A stretch of DNA of 64,000 bases. Source: Verrucomicrobiota bacterium. GTDB lineage: Bacteria > Chlamydiota > Chlamydiia > Chlamydiales > SM23-39. Positions 63,696 through 64,000 of the stretch are shown here, piece by piece. The stretch lies in NCBI GenBank assembly GCA_028873375.1, contig JAGWKU010000001.1, positions 11,763-75,762 of the forward strand, read 5' to 3'. Numbering within the stretch: the stretch's first letter is position 1; each line of letters opens with the position of its first letter. The translations under genes were made by a program, and so were the position numbers. A model generated the notes under the pieces. That model saw only the letters and a program-made list of their open reading frames with translations. It did no database searches and was not told the DNA's origin.

Positions 63696-64000
63696 ATGCG
63701 GAACGTTACACTTCTTGTTGCCTCTCTCCTGATCGGATTGGGAGTTTTTTGGTCTTGGATTTACTTCCCTGGTTTTCGATCGAAAGTCGAAGACTTGCTG
63801 AGCTCGGGCACTTTTCAAACGCTCGAAGTGAGGTATTCGGCCGAGGCGATCATGGATGCTCATCGCAAGGAATTGTTGAAGGACGGCGACCATGTCTTTT
63901 TGGAGCCGAACTTGAAGTTTGTTCCTTATTTGCTGATGGAAGTGAAGTACAATCGGACGCAGGATAAGACGGGAGAAGGGGTTATTTTGTGGGGTCTTGT
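63696..64000 (+). CDS. Membrane-anchored hypothetical protein, N-terminal part (truncated by window end)
   Basis: ATG 63696, open to window end: MRNVTLLVASLLIGLGVFWSWIYFPGFRSKVEDLLSSGTFQTLEVRYSAEAIMDAHRKELLKDG... Confidence 0.6.
   Translation, partial: MRNVTLLVASLLIGLGVFWSWIYFPGFRSKVEDLLSSGTFQTLEVRYSAEAIMDAHRKELLKDGDHVFLEPNLKFVPYLLMEVKYNRTQDKTGEGVILWGL

Noticed and set aside
1-64000. CRISPR array
   Set aside because: No regularly spaced direct repeats with unique spacers. The eight palindromes are kilobases apart except for one pair with a 15-bp gap.
1-64000. Prophage or IS element with transposase/integrase
   Set aside because: No ORF in the track resembles a transposase, integrase or phage structural protein.

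Overview
This 64 kb window comes from a chromosome of the phylum Chlamydiae. Gene content and order resemble an environmental Parachlamydiales-type member (Waddlia/Simkania/Parachlamydia-like); I infer the taxon and did not search for it. Coding density is high. Recognisable blocks are: MOMP-like porins; recC-recB-recD; rpsT; rpoD; aspC/tyrB-mreC; two tandem TagB-like glycerophosphotransferases; mutY; a glycosyltransferase; a minimal type II secretion/pseudopilus operon (gspD-E-F-G-H) that runs into a secreted MORN/YwqK-repeat protein; rsmD-VWA-TPR; murI; a complete Tol-Pal block with a LysM protein; tatD; sdhCAB; an APC permease and a sugar-type MFS transporter; CPBP protease-lplA-receiver; mnmG; a 29-aa COX24-like protein; dnaB; and two tRNAs (Ala-GGC, Ser-GCT). 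The most striking non-coding signal is a 21-23 bp perfect palindrome, AAATGTAAAGC-N-GCTTTACATTT, present eight times. Two copies lie inside genes (recC and gspD) in different reading frames, and the centre base is free. This argues for a dispersed duplex-DNA recognition site. Other non-coding candidates are a 181 bp MITE-like long imperfect palindrome between the MFS gene and recC, a GC-rich multi-hairpin island after the gsp/MORN operon, and a roughly 165-nt structured RNA (6S-like or leader/attenuator-like) before the APC permease. All calls come from reading the sequence and the supplied translations; no database search or folding program was run.
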